Assembly: GCA_965240325.2 (NCBI GenBank)
Contig: OZ251226.1
Coordinates: forward strand, 744,001 to 808,000
Source of the DNA: Rebecca billardiae RCC1528
Lineage: Eukaryota; Protista; Haptophyta
Reading direction: 5' to 3'
Length of the DNA: 64,000 nt
Shown: piece by piece, positions 1-10,786 of the stretch
Layout: every line of letters starts with the position of its first letter
Position numbering within the stretch: the stretch's first letter is position 1
Notes under the pieces: model-generated
What the model was told of the DNA's origin: nothing
Databases searched by the model: none
The model's input: the letters and a program-made list of their open reading frames with translations, nothing else
Position numbers and translations under genes: made by a program

Positions 1-326
1 GCCGCCATCCGACGTGAGCCGCTCCGTGCCGCGAGCCGAGCTGATGCTGCATGACTCACCTCAGTCCAACATGCCGCATGTCGGCGGTGCTGCTCGCTAC
101 GATCACCTCCCTGCTGACTCGGCTGCGACCGAGCCCATCCAGTTGGCTCGGATCACCGCGGCTCGCCCAGGACGACCGACCGCAGGCATGCTGGCAACCG
201 CACGGGCGGCCCACTCTGAGCTTGCAGGTGAGTCAGCGGGTTTCGACTTTCTTTGACCGGGCTTTGCGCGGAAAAGGGTTCCCTTCGCCGAAGGGGAATT
301 TAAACGGACTCAGCCATGCACCTGTG

Positions 327-751
<425 letters not shown>

Positions 752-921
752 ATCAATCGTGGACGGCCGGGCGTGAGAGTTCACTTCTGTGTGAAGTAGG
801 ACGGTTACAAGTCCAATACAAGCGTCAGCTTCTTTGAGGCTATTTTTGCACGTCCTTACGGGATCAGCGAAGTAACCAACCGATATATATTGGCTTCGTC
901 GGGGTCGTATTCACTACTGGA

Positions 922-1419
922 GAACATTTGCACCGCGCTTCGTATTCATATGTATGGTTCACGCAGGCATAAAATCGCTTCGTCGGGGTCGTATCCACTA
1001 TACTGGAGAACATCATTTGCACCGCTTCGTTTTCATACATTATAATGTATATGGTTCATGGACTGCTAGGCGGGGTCGAGCAGAATATCATCGATATTCA
1101 TCAGGCGCACGTGTGCGTATTCATCATCAGCCTTCGGGAATTGGGAGTAGCTATTGGCCTTTTGCCCTCTGAACATTTGCACCGCGCTTCGTATTCATAT
1201 GTATGGTTCACGCAGGCATAAAATCGCTTCGTCGGGGTCGTATCCACTATACTGGAGAACATCATTTGCACCGCTTCGTTTTCATACATTATAATGTATA
1301 TGGTTCATGGACTGCTAGGCGGGGTCGAGCAGAATATCATCGATATTCATCAGGCGCACGTGTGCGTATTCATCATCAGCCTTCGGGAATTGGGAGTAGC
1401 TATTGGCCTTTTGCCCTCT
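922..1419. repeat. Direct tandem duplication, 2 x 249 bp, with an internal ~60-bp sub-repeat
   Basis: 922-1170 is repeated at 1171-1419 (identical ORF translations 249 bp apart). The sub-repeat GCTTCGTCGGGGTCGTAT...TTTGCACCGC occurs at ~893 and ~977. Confidence 0.95.
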
Positions 1420-1465
1420 GGCGAGCCAGGAGCAGGCTCGAGGCCACTTTTGCGCTCACGTGGAC

Positions 1466-1981
1466 ATGATGCCGAGCACGTCAGCTGGCGACGCCGACGA
1501 GGACCGCGCTCGCCGCGTATTGAACGTGCTGCTCGAATCCGGGGCAGTGAAGAAGGTGGCTAAGAGCACGCTCCAGAGCATCGCTGCTGCCATCTCAGTC
1601 GTGAGGCACGAGCAGGACGTGCCCTCTGCGGCCGTGAAGTACAACGTGCCCAAATGGTCGATCTACAACTTCGTTCGCAAGGTCCGCACCGTGCTGGAGG
1701 ACGAGGGCGCAATCGCCAGGGGGAGCGCGACGCGACTGATCACCGACTTCACCACGCGCCCCGCAGGCCAGCTCCCTCCCTCCTCCTCACCCGGCCCAAC
1801 AGCTGGCAGCCGCTTTGCGGCACTCACTCTCGGCCCGCGCCGGCGAGTCTGTCTGCAGCGCTGGACGGGCGGACCTAGGAGGACGAGCTGCGGCGCGGGC
1901 GACGGTGGTGCGCGACGTCCCCAGAGCTGGCCGTGCCTCTGCGACGCGTGCCGAGCCCGACCGAGGTGTGTCACCCCGTGA
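1466..1981 (+). pseudogene. Truncated ORF with a psq/CENP-B-type helix-turn-helix; probable transposon-derived DNA-binding N-terminus
   Basis: AAISVVRHEQDVPSAAVKYNVPKWSIYNFVRK resembles the psq HTH pattern (AI..V.......AA..Y.VP..T/S). It lies ~0.7 kb inside a TIR. The frame degenerates after ~100 aa and no DDE domain is recognisable. Confidence 0.5.
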
Positions 1982-4892
1982 CCCCGTGCAGTGCACGCGC
2001 GGCGCGCGAAATAACGATCACCGGTGCCCTCGCACCTCGGCACACACAGTGCTCCCTCTGGCTGTCAGCTCCGCGTAGATAGAGTTGCGCTCATGCGTCG
2101 ATCACGCCTCGCGCCCGCCTGTCGGCCGTCGCGCAGGCGCTGGTCGAACCCTACTCGGACCAGTGCAAATCATCTACTGACTACTCCTGGCGCTGCCGCG
2201 GCGCGGTGTGACGACAGACAGCGCGGTCAGCAGCAGCGGCCCGAACGAATCCGCGGCCCCGCACAGTGTTCCCTGGCTGTCAGCTCCACGTGGCCTGGCG
2301 TGCACGTGGAGTCGCGCTCATTCGTCGATCACGCCTCGTCGCATCCGCCTGTACACAATCCGGGCGCCGCGCCGGCGGCTGCGATGGGCCCGCGCCCGCG
2401 GCGCCGGCGCCGGGGCGCAGCGGCGCGCCGCTGGAGTCTAGTTGTACGGGCATGCAACTGGCTGGTCTGTCAATAGACGACTGCGACGGAGGGTGCACCG
2501 CCACCGCGGGCCCCGAACTACGTTCGTTCTACGGAAAAGGACCGCGGAACGCGCCGCGTTTCTGAAAGGCTTGGCTTGCGAGCCGGCGAGATCGACACGC
2601 GGAGGACAAAAGAAAATCATATTCCTGCTTCGTCGCACCAATAGACTAAACGAAGATCGGACGGAGATCGTGGTCTTCAGATGCAAGACCTGGAAGCCCC
2701 CCTTGGGAGTTTTCAGTTGGGGCTCTCAACGCGGCCCGGCGAGGCGGACTTCTTAGGATTCTGAGGATCCTAGAGCACGGGCGGCCGGCGGGCGAGCACA
2801 CGACGCCGCCCCGCGGCGGGGAGCCGTCCGCGCCGTGCACGCTCACTGGCACCCACGTCTCCTCCGCCGCGCTGCTCGCCTCCCGTCCACGTCGTCTGAC
2901 CGACGCCCGTCGGCACGTGACGTTCACGTTGCCCACGTCGCGCTCTCAGTGGGAGCGCGACGAGCACGCCGCTGCCCGCACCCTTCGATGCTTTCCTCTT
3001 CGCATCGGGCGCGCTCGTGCTGTGGAGCCTGCGCGTGCAGGAGGAGGAGCTCTTTCTCAATCAACGTCGTGCGCGCCCGCCTTCATTCACGCTGCGCCGC
3101 GCGGAGGGGGAGAGCGCGCGCGGCTGGGCGCCCGCTCGGCCGGCTGCTGGGCTCGCGCAAGTCGGAAGTTCCGGCGCTCGACCTGACGCTCCCCAGCGAG
3201 GAGGCCGAACAGATGGATGTCCCAGCTGCGGCTCACTGTGAGAGCAGCTTGTGGGAGCGGGCTCCTGCACGGCACGGTTTGTAAACAAGGTTGTCGACGC
3301 CCAGGGTGGGCTGGCTGCGGTGAAGCTCAGGGCGTCCACCGACACCAGCGCAGCCAGGCGTGAGGCCCGCCTTCTCAGGAAGCACAGGTACGCGTCCAAG
3401 GCGTTGCCTGGATGCAGCATGCAGCTCACGAGTGCGGCCTCGTCGCCCGCCGCACGGTGCGCCGTTCTACGCGGCCATGAACTCGTACGGAGGCACTCGC
3501 GGCGTACGCGGGTACGGTGGGGAGGGCAAGCACAGACTATGGAATTGTCATGTCTTATCACTCTGGCATCGAATCCAAGGTCAGCCCGGGCAGCACGCTC
3601 GCGGCAGTGCACGCCGCTGGGTTCACCAAATCGGCCGAGGCCCGTGCAGACTCGTGACGATGCCGAGTTGGCGAGTTATTGCAGCGCCGGTGCGCACGGC
3701 GCCCCGCGTCAAAGGGAATTGAGTCAAAGGCCCGACGACTCTTGGGAGCTTGGCACTAGACGGACGACAGCGCGGTGGGCGTCGTCGTCACTCTGCTGCC
3801 CGCCAGTCACTCAATATACAGATGACGATCATCATCAGAGCATGCAGTCACCGCGTGTCGAACTATCGCGATTGGCGAGTGCCGCCGCCGGACCAGACTC
3901 ATGTCCCATCACGGGATTACGGTGCCGCATCACGTCTCGGACGGATACTCGGATCTAGCAGTAGCAATAGCGCCAGCAATTCATCTACGACTTCTAGCGC
4001 CGGTCCGACCGGCGGCGGAGACGTTCCGCCGGCGGCGACAGAAGTGGTGACGCCGCCCGCACTGATGGCGCAGCGCCCGGATCTGACACTGACTTCTGAG
4101 TCGGACTCGGATCGGGATGAGGAATTCAGGAAGTAGGTGAACAACGACGAGTAATAATAACGGGCTAACAAGTGCGCGCGCGGGCCCGACGTCGGATGAG
4201 TCGTCGGAACGAATAGGCGGAATAACGTCCTGGAATCGGCACGACTCGGCGGCGCGCCACGGCCCGCCGGTACTACTACACGGTCCGATAGTTATACCGC
4301 CGCCGTTATTATAGCAGTACGTACGCGGCCGTATAGTCGACGACCGGTAGTCGTCGTCGCCGAGCGATCATTCGCGGCGAATCAACACGCGCGGCTCACC
4401 GCCCGGCAAAACAAGCGTTGCACTCCACGCTGTGATCCTCTGGCCCGGTCTTGAGGACGTCGCCGCATAACTCCATCAGCTCAAATGCGACCTGCGGGAG
4501 GTGAAAACGGCACATGCCGCGGACGCCAGGCCCGAACGACATGATGAGCTTGCCCGCCGCGGACCGGCCCGCCACCACCCTTTTGATGTGCATCCGGCCG
4601 ATCGACTGCGCAGCGAGTCTGGCCACGCAGAGGCAGCGTCGTGAAAGGCGTCGCCATCGTCTTCATCCATGTCACCGTCACCGTCGCAAGAGCCGTGGTG
4701 AGCGCCTATAGGAAGGCCGGCGACCCCAACCTGCGGCGCGACGCAAGCCCGGCGGGCCTGCCGTGTACAGTACAGTGGCCGGGCCCGCATCACAGAGCTG
4801 CAGTGTTGGTCGGCTGGAGTTGAATACGATGCCTGGTCTTTCAGCCCATCTTCCAATCCCCAATCCCACTTGAGTTGCGACCATCGCCAGCC

Positions 4893-5609
4893 CAAGGGCC
4901 GTAAGGGCACCCAACTCCCAGTGCGGAGGTTGGGGCGCCTCTGTTGTGCTCGCCTCCGTGAGTGCCCGCGGTGAGTGGCCCGTCGCCGAAGACGCGGGAG
5001 GCGAGGGTGCGGGCATGACGGGGCGCCGCGGCGGGCGGCGCGCGGCGGGCGGCGCGCGGCGGGCGAGGCGGACAGTGCTGATGGCGAGGCGGAGGTGGAG
5101 GCGGAGGTGGGGGCGAGCCGAGCGCAGCTCGGCTGAGGCCACCGGACGCGCGACGAGTCGAGCAGCCGACCGCCGGGAACGGAAGTGAGTCAGGCGGACA
5201 TGGAGGCTGCCCGTAGGGGCCTACAAGCCAAAGTGCGGGCGGGCGCCCACGCTTGCCCCTGCGTGCCCGGTGCAAGCAGCCCGAGCGCTCCGTTTGCTGC
5301 TGGCGCGCACGGCACGAGTGAGCTCGCGCGCCGCGTTGGCAACTGCCGATTGCACGGGCCGAGAGGCGAAAGAGGCGAGCCTGGCGGACTCACGCGCGTG
5401 TCAGGAGAGCCTTGACCCGCGCCGCTCAGCGGCGAGCCGTCCGGGTTCGGCATCGCCGCCAGTCATCCAGGCAGAGCGCTCGACGTCGCGCCCTCGCGCA
5501 GCGTTTGAAGCACGCCGGCCGGACGCGAGTCGCGAGGCCACGAGACAGACAGAGGCACCTCAACCTCCGAGCTGGCCGCACTGGGAGTTGGGTGCCCTTA
5601 CGGCCCTTG
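4893..5609. mobile_element. Non-autonomous P-superfamily-like MITE (717 bp)
   Basis: Perfect 34-bp TIRs CAAGGGCCGTAAGGGCACCCAACTCCCAGTGCGG (4893-4926 / 5576-5609) and a perfect 7-bp TSD GCCAGCC (4886-4892, 5610-5616). CANRG termini with 7-8 bp TSDs are typical of the P superfamily. Confidence 0.85.
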
Positions 5610-6050
5610 GCCAGCCGCCGTCTTCGCCATCAGCGTCGGCGGCTAGCTGCCTTGAACCTCACGGAGCCAGCGAGCCAGCGGCTCCCCTTCGCTTTGACGC
5701 GCTCTACTCGAGTCTCGACCCGAAGCCCTTCCGCTCGCAAGCGATCTCGTCCAGGCCTCGTGGAGGTGGAGAAGGACACAAAAAAGGAGCGAAGATTGCT
5801 GAGATGCTAAGGAGATTGCGGCCAAGCCATCATGCCTTCCGGGATGACCATTGGCTCGTTTTCTTCCTGATTCCAGTCTTTCGCCTGATGGTATTGAGAT
5901 AATATGTCTCACTTTGGCGACCGCTCATTTTTCGATCCCCCCCCAACCGACCAATGGGAAGGCGGAGCCGCGACTCGCTCTGAAAATGCGTGAATTGTTT
6001 CGCGGTCTGGCGGACCGGCCCGTGGAAAAACGCAGCGCGGTCATAATATA

Positions 6051-7700
6051 TTAACGACGTGGTATGCAACGGGCAGGCGTCAGAGTCAGCAAGCTGTAGC
6101 AGCAGATCGAGCAGCAGAGACAAACACCAGGATCAGCGCTCCTCGCCGTCGCCCCCCCCCCCTCGTAGTAGTCGCCCATCACTCCATCGCCGAGCGGAAG
6201 CTCGACGCACCGTCTGGCGTCGACGCGCGCGCGCCACCGCGGTGGTCGCGGTGCCACGCGTCGTCAGCCGTCGTCTCGAAGTAGTCGTCGTATGCAGCGC
6301 CCCCGCGGGCGCGTGCCCCCGGGCGCACGTGCGCCATGCGCGCGCGGGCGATGAGCATCTTGGCCTGGCCACGCAGGCAGCGCATGCCCAGCTCGCGCCG
6401 CATGGTGCCGAGCAGCGCGCGCTCGGCGGCGGGGCGCGAGGGCGCGCTGAGGCGCGCGCGCCACGTGTCCCGCCCCATCTTGGCGGTCTTCTTGAGGGTG
6501 AGGTCCACCTCCGCGCTCCACTCGCCGAACGCCCCCACGACAATCGGGACGATCGCGGGGAAGGTGTCGAGCCGCGCCTCGTATGGGCCCACCTGGCCCT
6601 CAAGCGTGCCATAGACCTCGCGGTCGAGGAGCTGCAGCTGCTTGCGCCGCTCGCGCGGGACGAGTGTTATATATGCGCAAATGGCACCCGGACTGGGTAA
6701 TCAGGCGGGCATTGCCGGGTTGCACCCGGCAATGCTGCATTCACCCCGGTCCTACCGGAATGCAGGGCTCGCCCCGCTGGCCTACAGCTCTGTGACCGTC
6801 AGCGCCGCGCGCCACATACCAGGCCACCACGACTTCATCAATACTGCTGCACGCATGATGGTACCAGTAGTGACAGAGTACTGGCGGTACCGTGCTGCTC
6901 GCATGGTATGGTACTGCTGCGCGCATGGTATGGTACTGCTGCGCGCACTGTAGCTAGTGTGGAGTACTGATGCGTGCATGGTATGGTACGGCATGGTCTA
7001 TGCTATGGCCTACTGCTGCGCGCATGGTATGGTACTGCTGCGTGCATGATGGTATGGTACTGCTGCGCGCATGGTATGGTACTGCTGTGCCGGCATGGTA
7101 GTATGGTACTCTGCTGCACGCATGATCAGGAGTATGTACTGCTGCTGCGCGCATGGTATGGTACTGCCGCGTGCATGGTATGGTACTGCTGCACGCATGA
7201 TGGTATGGTACTGGCGGTACTGCTGCGCGCATGGTATGGCACTGCTGTGCGCATGGTATGGTACTGCTGCGTGCATGGTATGCCGTACTGCTGCACGCAA
7301 GAAACAAGCGCGCAGGTGGTGGGAGCCGCAAGCAGAAGCAAGCGCGCAGGTGGTGGGAGTGCTCGCAGGTGGTGGGAGAAGCAAGAAGCAGCAGCTCGAA
7401 GCAGCAGGCACTCCGATGCGGCACCTCCCGAAGCTGCTGCATCCTTCTGACCGCCCGCGGTTTGCGGACGAAGCGTCCGCGACTGCGAGCCGCACGCGCA
7501 CGCGGTGCGCGCAGCGGTCATGGCGCTGGGTCCGGCGAGCAGCCGGGGTGAGGTTCAGGTACGAGGGGCACACACTATTCCGCATGCGCCTTGGCACCGA
7601 CCACGCGCCGCATCCACTGGGAGATCTGCGGCCGCAAGAAGCGCGCGCCTTGGCGAGGGCGAAGCATCGTAGACCCGCCTGCGCGCAGTGCTAGCACCGC
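6051..7700 (-). mobile_element. Degenerate 3' part of a non-LTR retrotransposon with restriction-like endonuclease (CRE/NeSL/R2-type), interrupted at ~6665-7440
   Basis: ORF 6179-6592(-) has IVPIVVGAFGEWSAEVDLTLKKTA, like the RLE C-terminal P.v.g..G motif. Upstream frameshifted G..HA..C...RTQRHD resembles the zinc-knuckle/RHD motif. Its 3' UTR recurs at 10584 and 33012. Confidence 0.6.
6842..7298. repeat. Degenerate ~22-bp minisatellite (GCATGGTATGGTACTGCTGCGC)
   Basis: About 15-20 imperfect tandem copies without unique spacers. Confidence 0.92.
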
Positions 7701-8070
7701 CGGCCGGGGCGGTCCGGCACTGCTTGCTTGGTGTTTGTCCGGCTTCCTCAGCATCATGACATCATCACAGTCCTCACTCCTTCACCGATCACTGTGCACC
7801 GATCTCTTGACTCATGAGAGAAGGGAGCGAGCAACGGAGGACGAAGCTGAAGCACCTAGTCACGGGTCCTTGCTCTCTTGCCGAACCGTGAGAGGAACCG
7901 GAAGCAACCGAGAGGAAGCTGAAAGCAGTGTAAAGCACCTTCATCACTGGTCCTTGCTCTCTCCAGCTTCATGTTGACCGGTTTCCAAGCAACCGGGAGG
8001 AACCGGAAGCATACGACGTGGCGCTACCATCGGCGACGGCTTCATGGGCGGTGACAGTTGGCGGGCGTCA

Positions 8071-8116
8071 ATCTCGCCTGCCTGAGCTGTGTGCGTCTCT
8101 TATTCTTAGTAAACTG
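8071..8116. mobile_element. Solo Tc1/mariner-type TIR (reads TA|CAGTTTACTAAGAATAAGAGACGCACACAGCTCAGGCAGGCGAGAT on the minus strand)
   Basis: Identical to 63914-63959 and followed by TA (8117-8118). A CAGT terminus plus TA is typical of Tc1/mariner/pogo. Confidence 0.7.
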
Positions 8117-8125
8117 TATGGAGGC

Positions 8126-9214
8126 CAAGGGTGGTCAGGGTCGCCGACTCCAGCGGAGTCCGGCGCCGGAACTTCACCTCCGATTTTTTGCGGCGGCGCG
8201 GCGTGCGGGGCCGCCGCCGCTGTGGCGGGCCGCTCGGGGCGTGCACGGCGTGGGCTCGTGCGGCCGCTGCCGCGCACGCCGAGCGATCCGGCGCGGGCTC
8301 GCGGCTTGTCGATGGCCTCGCGCGCCGCAGCGCGGCGCGCGCCTTGCCTAGCTTCGCCTGTCTCGCGCCTTGGCCGCCGTGCACGCGTGCGCCGCCAAAC
8401 CGCAAGCTCTGCATAGCTCTCAGCCGAGCGTGCACGTGCCTTGCGCGACGCGACGCGGGCATTGCCAGCGGGCGATGTAGCCGTAGTGCGAGCGCGCGTC
8501 GTGAAGCCTCGGCGCGGATCGAGAGCAATGAGACGATGCCGCGTACGCGCGTGGACCATCTGTGCGTTGAGCAGTGCTGAAAGCTTGACGACTGACTCTC
8601 TTGCCGGGGCGATCGTCATGTCGCATCGTCACGCAAGGCCCGCACGCATGACATAGTGGCGTGTGTCTTCTTGACAACAACGCTCGACTAGTCTTCACGA
8701 GTTGCAGCGTCGCGATAGCCCTGAGAGTCGTTCAACGGAGCGGACCGTGGTGTCCATTGGTGGTTGGTGCCGTCAGCTGTTGTCGACAGCTGACCGAGAC
8801 GTTGAAGACACTCACGATCCGCGTCGAGGCTTCACGACGCGCGCTCGCACTACGGCTACATCACCCGCCGGCAATGCCCGCGTCGCGTCGCGCAAGGCAC
8901 GTGCACGCTCGGCTGAGAGCTATGCAGAGCTTGCGGTTTGGCGGCGCACGCGTGCACGGCGGCCAAGGCGCGAGACAGGCGAAGCTAGGCAAGGCGCGCG
9001 CCGCGCTGCGGCGCGCGAGGCCATCGACAAGCCGCGAGCCCGCGCCGGATCGCTCGGCGTGCGCGGCAGCGGCCGCACGAGCCCACGCCGTGCACGCCCC
9101 GAGCGGCCCGCCACAGCGGCGGCGGCCCCGCACGCCGCGCCGCCGCAAAAAATCGGAGGTGAAGTTCCGGCGCCGGACTCCGCTGGAGTCGGCGACCCTG
9201 AGCAACCACCCTTG
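8126..9214. mobile_element. Foldback element with ~400-bp TIRs, Galileo/P-like
   Basis: 8126-8525 is the near-perfect reverse complement of 8811-9214. Termini are CAAGGGTGGT...ACCACCCTTG. Flanks TGGAGGC (8119-8125) and GGGAGGC (9215-9221) form a 7-bp TSD with one mismatch. Confidence 0.85.
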
Positions 9215-9330
9215 GGGAGGCTCGCTTATTAGTCGCTTTCGCCTTTCATGATTCATCGGCTTCCGTGTGTTCATCATCAGCAGCTGTTCATCATCGGTTC
9301 AGTTGGTGCCCAGTACATGTAAGCGATACT

Positions 9331-9352
9331 GTCTCTTATTCTTAGTAAACTG
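9331..9352. mobile_element. Truncated copy of the Tc1/mariner-type TIR
   Basis: GTCTCTTATTCTTAGTAAACTG|TA is identical to the outer 22 bp of 8071-8116. Confidence 0.65.
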
Positions 9353-9360
9353 TACCGTAC

Positions 9361-9374
9361 CAAGGCAGCCCTTG
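9361..9374. mobile_element. Candidate P-like excision footprint CAAGG-CAGC-CCTTG
   Basis: Same termini as the two larger elements, flanked by ACCGTAC (9354-9360) and ACCGTAA (9375-9381). Confidence 0.5.
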
Positions 9375-9490
9375 ACCGTAATTCATTTGATGCCGCTTGT
9401 GAGACGAGACCGAATCAGGGAGGAGATTGGTAGAGGAGCCGAGGAGGGGTCATCCGACCTTTGAATCATCATCATCACATCTCTGTGCGT

Positions 9491-9944
<454 letters not shown>

Positions 9945-10445
9945 CTGGGGGAGTCGACTGCTGACAGATTGCACGAAAAACCGTTGGCCCCAATTGGGAT
10001 CTGACTAAACTGTATTCCTCGGGATACCTATTGGAAGGCCATCAACTTTGTAAGAATCACCGGACTTCGCGTGTCCTACCGGAAAACTCGCTCCGCTCGC
10101 ATGCTTGTTCTTACAGAACAACCAATGCGAGCGGGGCTCGCGATTATTTATAGAAAATAGAGTCTGGAGTCTGAATCTATTGGAGGTTCGGCTGATGATC
10201 CATCTGGCCGTCATAATATCGCCGCCAAGGGCCTGGGGCTGGGGTGGTCTAGGAGCGATCATGTAGATCATCAGAGGCGGCGATCCCGCCGATCTCCATG
10301 TCAAGATGTACGACGACAGTGACCGGACTTAGGGGGGTCAACCGAAGGCGAAGCCGGAGCCACACGTACGGTCCTGTGCACATGACGGCTGACAGGGTGT
10401 GTGAGCTGAATCAGCTACGCGGTTAACGCGGTACGCCTCGGCTAC

Positions 10446-10570
<125 letters not shown>

Positions 10571-10583
10571 AATGATTGTCCTC

Positions 10584-10708
10584 AGCGCTGATCCTGGTGT
10601 TTGTCTCTGCTGCTCGATCTGCTGCTACAGCTTGCTGACTCTCGGAGTCTCGGACGCGCCCGCCTGTTGCCCGAGTGTTGGAGTTAGTTGCAAGTACCAC
10701 GTCGTTAA
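10584..10708 (+). mobile_element. Short 5'-truncated copy of the LINE 3' UTR
   Basis: AGCGCTGATCCTGGTGTTTGTCTCTGCTGCTCGATCTGCTGCTACAGCTTGCTGACTCT...CCACGTCGTTAA matches the reverse complement of 6051-6140, with small insertions. Confidence 0.75.
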
Positions 10709-10716
10709 TGGCGCAC

Positions 10717-10786
10717 GCCCCCCCCCCCCCCCCCCCCCCCCCGAAAGGTCTGAGCGTGAGCGAAAGCCGGGGGGGGGGGGGGGGGC
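10717..10786. mobile_element. 70-bp mini-element with poly-C / poly-G inverted arms and a 7-bp flanking direct repeat
   Basis: GGCGCAC (10710-10716) | G-C25 ... G17-C | GGCGCAC (10787-10793). Confidence 0.5.

Noticed and set aside
1095-1135. CTGATGA motifs on the minus strand of the 249-bp repeat (and at ~9280) as hammerhead ribozymes
   Set aside because: No properly placed stem II plus GAAA and stem III/UH could be built.
2430-4850. Fragmentary coding-like sequence inside the large TIR pair
   Set aside because: No recognisable domain or continuous frame; possibly decayed element sequence but unsupported.
6842-7298. 22-bp repeats as a CRISPR array
   Set aside because: Units are tandem without unique spacers, no cas genes are present, and the context is eukaryotic.
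8071-8118. Dispersed ~48-nt motif as a spliced-leader relic or snRNA fragment
   Set aside because: It occurs as an inverted pair flanked by TA at 63872-63959 and begins CAGT, which fits a TIR better. No match to snRNAs I know.
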